DNA of 51,498 nucleotides from Chlamydiota bacterium (GTDB lineage Bacteria; Chlamydiota; Chlamydiia; Chlamydiales; RGXB01): NCBI GenBank assembly GCA_947494155.1, contig CANLTW010000010.1, positions 1 to 51,498 of the forward strand, read 5' to 3'. Shown piece by piece: positions 47,083 to 51,498 of this stretch (position 1 is its first letter; each line of letters starts with the position of its first letter). The notes under the pieces were generated by a model. It saw only the letters and a program-made list of their open reading frames with translations, ran no database searches and was not told where the DNA came from. The position numbers and the translations under genes were made by a program.

Positions 47083-47265
47083 GTGTCTGGTCAAAAACCT
47101 TCTTCCTCAAAAGATAAGGATTCCTTTCTTCCCCTTTTTATAGTTTTGCTCCTTTTGGCAGGGGTGATTATTTTTTATCTTTCGTCTGAATTAGTCTCTA
47201 GAGACTACTTTTTAAAAACTGAGACCAAGCAGATCAGCATCTGGGAGGAAATTTTTCCTCTTTAA
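47083..47265 (+). CDS. small single-TM hypothetical protein
   Basis: 60 aa with one hydrophobic helix; GTG start. Confidence 0.4.
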   Translation: MSGQKPSSSKDKDSFLPLFIVLLLLAGVIIFYLSSELVSRDYFLKTETKQISIWEEIFPL

Positions 47266-47333
47266 ATCTATACTGAAATTTTTATGACAATTATACTCTT
47301 AGAAAAAAATGGAAAAAAGGGGTTTTTATTGGC

Positions 47334-48008
47334 ATGGATAATCTCCGATCTATTGAGGAACTCATTTGCCCCCTTTCCGGTGAAACACAACATGAGGAAC
47401 TATGGAATTATAGAACCCACCTTTTTGGGTTCTTTTGTAGTATCATAGGATTTATCTATTTAATTACCCACTCACTTCACCTTGTAGACACTACCCTACT
47501 ATGGGGTCTTCTCCTGTATGGTCTCTCTCAAAATTTTGTGTACTTATCCTCATTGATTTACCATAAACAAACCAACCTCTATAAAAAAAGAATGTTTCGG
47601 CTTATCGACCATATCTGCATCTATTTTGGTTTAGCAGGAATTTATTCCCCTTTTCTTTTAGGCCCCTTTTACCAATTTTTCGGTCTTGAGATGTTTATTC
47701 TTCTGTGGGTTTTGAGCGGATTGTGCTGTTTTTTAAAAATGCGTTATTTTGACAAATTCCTTAAATTTTCATTGGTCTCCTATTCAACACTATTCATCGT
47801 TTTTTTTGTCTATTGGATCTTTTTGCAAAATATGCTCACTCCGGAATGTGTGAAGTTCGGAATTTTGAGCGCATTGTTTGCTTGTTCAGGGGTGGGGTTT
47901 TTCCTATGGGAATCATTACCTTATAATCATGCGATTTGGCATATTCATGTGTTGGCCTCGTCAGCCACAAATTTTTTGTCCATTCTTCACATCGGATCGA
48001 TTCCATAA
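47334..48008 (+). CDS. hemolysin III/PAQR family membrane protein
   Basis: EELWN..TH, SSLIYH, DHICIY, HAIWHIHV; about 7 TM segments. Confidence 0.9.
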   Translation: MDNLRSIEELICPLSGETQHEELWNYRTHLFGFFCSIIGFIYLITHSLHLVDTTLLWGLLLYGLSQNFVYLSSLIYHKQTNLYKKRMFRLIDHICIYFGLAGIYSPFLLGPFYQFFGLEMFILLWVLSGLCCFLKMRYFDKFLKFSLVSYSTLFIVFFVYWIFLQNMLTPECVKFGILSALFACSGVGFFLWESLPYNHAIWHIHVLASSATNFLSILHIGSIP

Positions 48009-48416
48009 CTTCTGTTTTTTAGAGCTAGAAGAAAGAATGCATCTAAAAACGGTATTTCTTTTAAAACCCCTTTGAAAAAAGACGCTTACCGCAATAATTA
48101 GCAAAAAAAATCTACTTTGATCTCCCATCCAAAAAACCATCCTCTACCATTCCACCTGATATAGATTCTCCTCTACATAGGGAAGATTTTTTATAGCTGC
48201 CTGTTGGTTGGAAAAAAACCTATGCATAAAAAATCATTTTTTAATAATCTATGAAAAAAAGTTTGATTAACCTTGTTGAACTCTTTAAATGTATGTCATC
48301 AAAAAAACGTATAACCCTCCCCTCATTCTTGCAATTTAATCTTCAGCGAAAAAACCGGTCCCCATAACCCTTAAAAACAACACCTCGAGCTATAAACCCC
48401 TTTAAAGGAATTTTGA

Positions 48417-50831
48417 ATGAATATTTTTCCCCTCCTTTCGATTTCCCCATCTCACCCTTGGAGTAACGACGATCTAGCACCGCGGTCTATTCAGGCCGGA
48501 ACCAAAAGGGGATTTGAGGAGTATTTAGTCTCATCCAATGAGACGATGTTGCAAAAAAGGGCTCGTCATGAACCGAAAGATTGGATTTTCTTAAGTTCTA
48601 AAGAGGTTCACAAGCTCCGAAGGGGTCGAGACGACAAAAGAGTCACCCAGATTCTTAATGAATTAGGTTTTTTTATGGATATGAATCCTAAAAAACTCAC
48701 CAATGCTTTTTTGCAGAATTTCCATCCAGTTTTAAAAAAAATCCCAGATTGGCGCATCAGACGGGAGTTTTTTTGTCTTGCGACAGATTGCTATAAACAG
48801 CTTGCATCCGATGTTCTTGAGGCCACACTTTCCAAAGTAGCCTCTGCAGTAAAGCCCGTTCTATTTCGAGAAAAAAAAGGGTTCTGCATCACGGTTGCAA
48901 AAATATTTTTCACAGAACCTTTGGAGGGTCTTGAAAGCCTCTCTCAAAGCTATCAAATCCTCATTTCCCATTTAAGAAATGACCGGCTAAGGCTGGAGGT
49001 GATCGAAATTTTACAGTCTCTTCCGATGGAAAAACGGAAGGACTTTACCACATTTTTTTTAAAATTCCCCGAGGATTTTAAAGAAGATCCCACCCTTTTT
49101 GTCCCTTTTATACATGAGCTGGAATTTGAAGATTTCAACCATCTGCTCAAAGGCTCCTCACAAAACAGTCGAAGAGCCCTTCTAGCCACGGAATTGAAAA
49201 AACCAGAGATTCGGGGGTTAGAGCTCTTGTTAAGCTCCCCTCAAGAAACCGTGGAGCGATACCACGCTTGGTTTGATGCATTCAGCCAGCCAAGGTACAG
49301 ATACGACTCTTATTTTTTTCTGATGGTAGCGGATGTCGTCAAAAACTTAGACTACTTCGAAGCGAATATCAAAACCTACAAAAGACGTAGTGAAAAATTC
49401 ATCTGCTATGTAAGACATATCTCCCGTCTTTCTTATGATTACAGAATGATGCAAGATCTCTATTTGACGACCGAATTATTAGAAAAAAAAGGTCCTGTCT
49501 GGCAACCGCTTTTTGATTTTTTAAAGCTGTTTGGAAAAAACAGCTCTTCACAGCTCAATGAGCCTTTTTTGCACGACCTTGAAATTCTTGCCCAAGATTT
49601 AGTGGAGGAGCTTATAACTTCTGGGGAGGAAGATATGTTGGAATCGCTTTTCAGTCTTCAGGAGGCTCAGCGTATTCATCAACGACCTCACAGCTCATGC
49701 CCGGTAAAAATTTCCGCCAAGTTTCCCGGTTTTGCCGATTTAAAAAGAGACGGTTTTTGCCTTATGAGCTCCTCCTCCTGTCTCCTCCTCTCTGCCGATA
49801 CCCCTTTTTCTTTTCCAAAAAAGTTGCTAGAACTCCTACTGTCGGAAAGAATTTTTGAAATCCCCTCTTTCCAAGTCAAATTTCTCTCCCAACCCACCTC
49901 CTCCATCTTGGACGAGGTAGATATTCCTATTACAATCGACCAGGGTGGGCCAAAAAGGCAATGCATCGATCTTTTGACTCGCTCCCTTTTGCTTCCCGAA
50001 AACAACCATTTTCAGATCGATTCTGCTGGAATGTTTATCCTTAAACAGGAGCTAGACCTTTTATCAAAAGATTATCTGCAATTAGGTCTATGGATTCGAC
50101 TCCACCAAGAGTTAGGACTATCGCTTGCAGTAGAGCTCTCCCCTCTTTTCCCGTTATACCTTAAACATGCTCCACAATCGGGTAGGGCTTTTACCAGAGA
50201 AAACCTCATAAAATTGGATATCGCTATCTTTGGACCACGACTAGTGAACAGGATGAGTCTTTCGAGTGAGGAAGAAAACCAGTTAAAAAAAGAGCTTCTT
50301 GTCGATGAAGACCTGCCAGCAGAAAAGATCCAGGAGGAATTTCTTTACGAGTTGCATCAAGAGCGATGCCTAGCGATCCATGAGATTCGTCGAGGTTTAG
50401 GACCAAATTTCATGTTTGAAGTGCGTAAACAATCCCCTGAAATGACTAGAATAGGGATACAGGGTGAATCGATTAATGCTGCCCGTTTGTTAAACAAAAT
50501 CCGTTTTGCCCAAGACATCGACACGGACGATGAGATCCGCATTTCTGATGAGTTACAGGAGGTTTTCGTAGAAAAAATCCAAAGTTTCAGCAAAGAACAG
50601 TTAGAGGGATTTCTCTCAGCGATCACAGGATCCAAATTTTTGTCTCATCAAGACGAAATCCAAGTCTACATCCTACCTGAAGAGGGGCTAAGGCATGATA
50701 GAGGTGAGCTACGCCCCCTTTACAAATCTTCCACCTGTACAAAAAAACTGTTTCTTTATACCCATAGCGCCGAGCAGGTGGACCTAGCTCTCACCTCTTT
50801 AATAGGTGATTCCAATTTCAACGAAGCTTAA
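48417..50831 (+). CDS. HECT-domain E3 ubiquitin ligase-like effector
   Basis: VKF...IDQGGPKRQ (cf. DxGGxxRE), FLSAITGS (cf. FVTGS), SSTC (C774, cf. AHTC) 30 aa from the end, Phe at -4 (FNEA*). Confidence 0.78.
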   Translation: MNIFPLLSISPSHPWSNDDLAPRSIQAGTKRGFEEYLVSSNETMLQKRARHEPKDWIFLSSKEVHKLRRGRDDKRVTQILNELGFFMDMNPKKLTNAFLQNFHPVLKKIPDWRIRREFFCLATDCYKQLASDVLEATLSKVASAVKPVLFREKKGFCITVAKIFFTEPLEGLESLSQSYQILISHLRNDRLRLEVIEILQSLPMEKRKDFTTFFLKFPEDFKEDPTLFVPFIHELEFEDFNHLLKGSSQNSRRALLATELKKPEIRGLELLLSSPQETVERYHAWFDAFSQPRYRYDSYFFLMVADVVKNLDYFEANIKTYKRRSEKFICYVRHISRLSYDYRMMQDLYLTTELLEKKGPVWQPLFDFLKLFGKNSSSQLNEPFLHDLEILAQDLVEELITSGEEDMLESLFSLQEAQRIHQRPHSSCPVKISAKFPGFADLKRDGFCLMSSSSCLLLSADTPFSFPKKLLELLLSERIFEIPSFQVKFLSQPTSSILDEVDIPITIDQGGPKRQCIDLLTRSLLLPENNHFQIDSAGMFILKQELDLLSKDYLQLGLWIRLHQELGLSLAVELSPLFPLYLKHAPQSGRAFTRENLIKLDIAIFGPRLVNRMSLSSEEENQLKKELLVDEDLPAEKIQEEFLYELHQERCLAIHEIRRGLGPNFMFEVRKQSPEMTRIGIQGESINAARLLNKIRFAQDIDTDDEIRISDELQEVFVEKIQSFSKEQLEGFLSAITGSKFLSHQDEIQVYILPEEGLRHDRGELRPLYKSSTCTKKLFLYTHSAEQVDLALTSLIGDSNFNEA

Positions 50832-50902
50832 AGCGGATTAGAAGCTAAAAATTCCCCATGTAACGGTAAAAAAACCTAAAAAAACTCTAAGGATAAAAAA
50901 TT

Positions 50903-51337
50903 ATGGACTTTCTCGCCCCTATAAGATTCACCACAAATTTTGCAAATGAGGTTCTTACACGAGATCTTTTCTCCGGTATTTTAGGCACAACGATTTCTAT
51001 CATCGCTCAAAAAGAGGTGATCTTAGATAAAAAAATCTGGCTCCTATTTCATGGGCTTATAGCATATCAGTTGGTGCAAAATTTTAGACGTTTAGGTAAG
51101 AAGGGGTATGACCTCTCTTTTTCATCCCGTGTTTTTGCTACCACAACGAGTCTAATCCATGCAGAATTGAGGATGTTCCTTTTAAACGGGGGTCTCAAGA
51201 GAGGAAATAGTCTCCCCGTTTTAGAAAATTTGGATTCGAAGCTGAAACTCTTTTTGGCAATAGCCTCCCTTTTCGGGTGGACCTACATTACAAAAAAACA
51301 AGTAGATGAGGAGCTTAAAGCAAGATACCAAAATTGA
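50903..51337 (+). CDS. small membrane hypothetical protein
   Basis: 144 aa with several hydrophobic segments; AAGGA RBS. Confidence 0.65.
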   Translation: MDFLAPIRFTTNFANEVLTRDLFSGILGTTISIIAQKEVILDKKIWLLFHGLIAYQLVQNFRRLGKKGYDLSFSSRVFATTTSLIHAELRMFLLNGGLKRGNSLPVLENLDSKLKLFLAIASLFGWTYITKKQVDEELKARYQN

Positions 51338-51498
51338 ATTAGTTTTAGGCCTTTCTCTAACTTTCCCCGTTTCTAAAGAGTTTTAACCCTCTGATAGACA
51401 ATGAATAAGATTTCTTGATTTTTTAATAAATAAATTTATTGAAAATTAAATAAATTTATATTAATATTGTATACAGGGATCATAATTTTTTATAAAAT

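Noticed and set aside
47334..48008. Hemolysin III as a toxin finding
   Set aside because: Widespread PAQR membrane-homeostasis family; ordinary.
1..51498. tRNA, rRNA, IS/transposase, integrase or prophage; numerous short ORFs antisense to long genes
   Set aside because: No such signatures recognised by eye. The short overlapping ORFs lack motifs and are treated as shadows, except the HNH fragment.

Overview
AT-rich bacterial DNA that looks like an intracellular, host-associated organism, most likely an environmental chlamydia. This is inferred from a Lpg1974/MOMP-like porin, TyrP, and many proteins with Ser/Pro-rich N-termini and eukaryote-like domains; no marker gene proves it. No rRNA, tRNA, CRISPR array or intact transposase was seen. 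Main contents: (1) at 1-4934, a translationally coupled minus-strand operon encoding a divergent class II (B12-type) ribonucleotide reductase fused to a SAMHD1/YdhJ-type HD phosphohydrolase, a signal-peptide-bearing choline-kinase-like phosphotransferase, a signal-peptide-bearing adenylate-kinase-like enzyme and a second phosphotransferase copy. This is the best candidate for an undescribed nucleotide-modifying system. (2) An RmlB/cytidylyltransferase/NRS-ER-like sugar cassette. (3) Two small peptide genes missing from the ORF track, with a shared basic Gly-Gly leader and divergent Cys-bracketed cores. (4) A four-gene effector-like cluster: YwqJ-like deaminase, CaaX-ended coiled coil, coiled coil-jacalin-J-domain, coiled coil. 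(5) A set of candidate host-manipulation proteins: F-box, OTU-like deubiquitinase with CaaX, eukaryote-type HECT E3, kinases and a PTP-like phosphatase. (6) A GNAT-rich, partly decayed accessory region. (7) Six glycosyltransferase-like genes, all with N-terminal signal/anchor sequences. All family calls are from motif reading by eye, not database searches.
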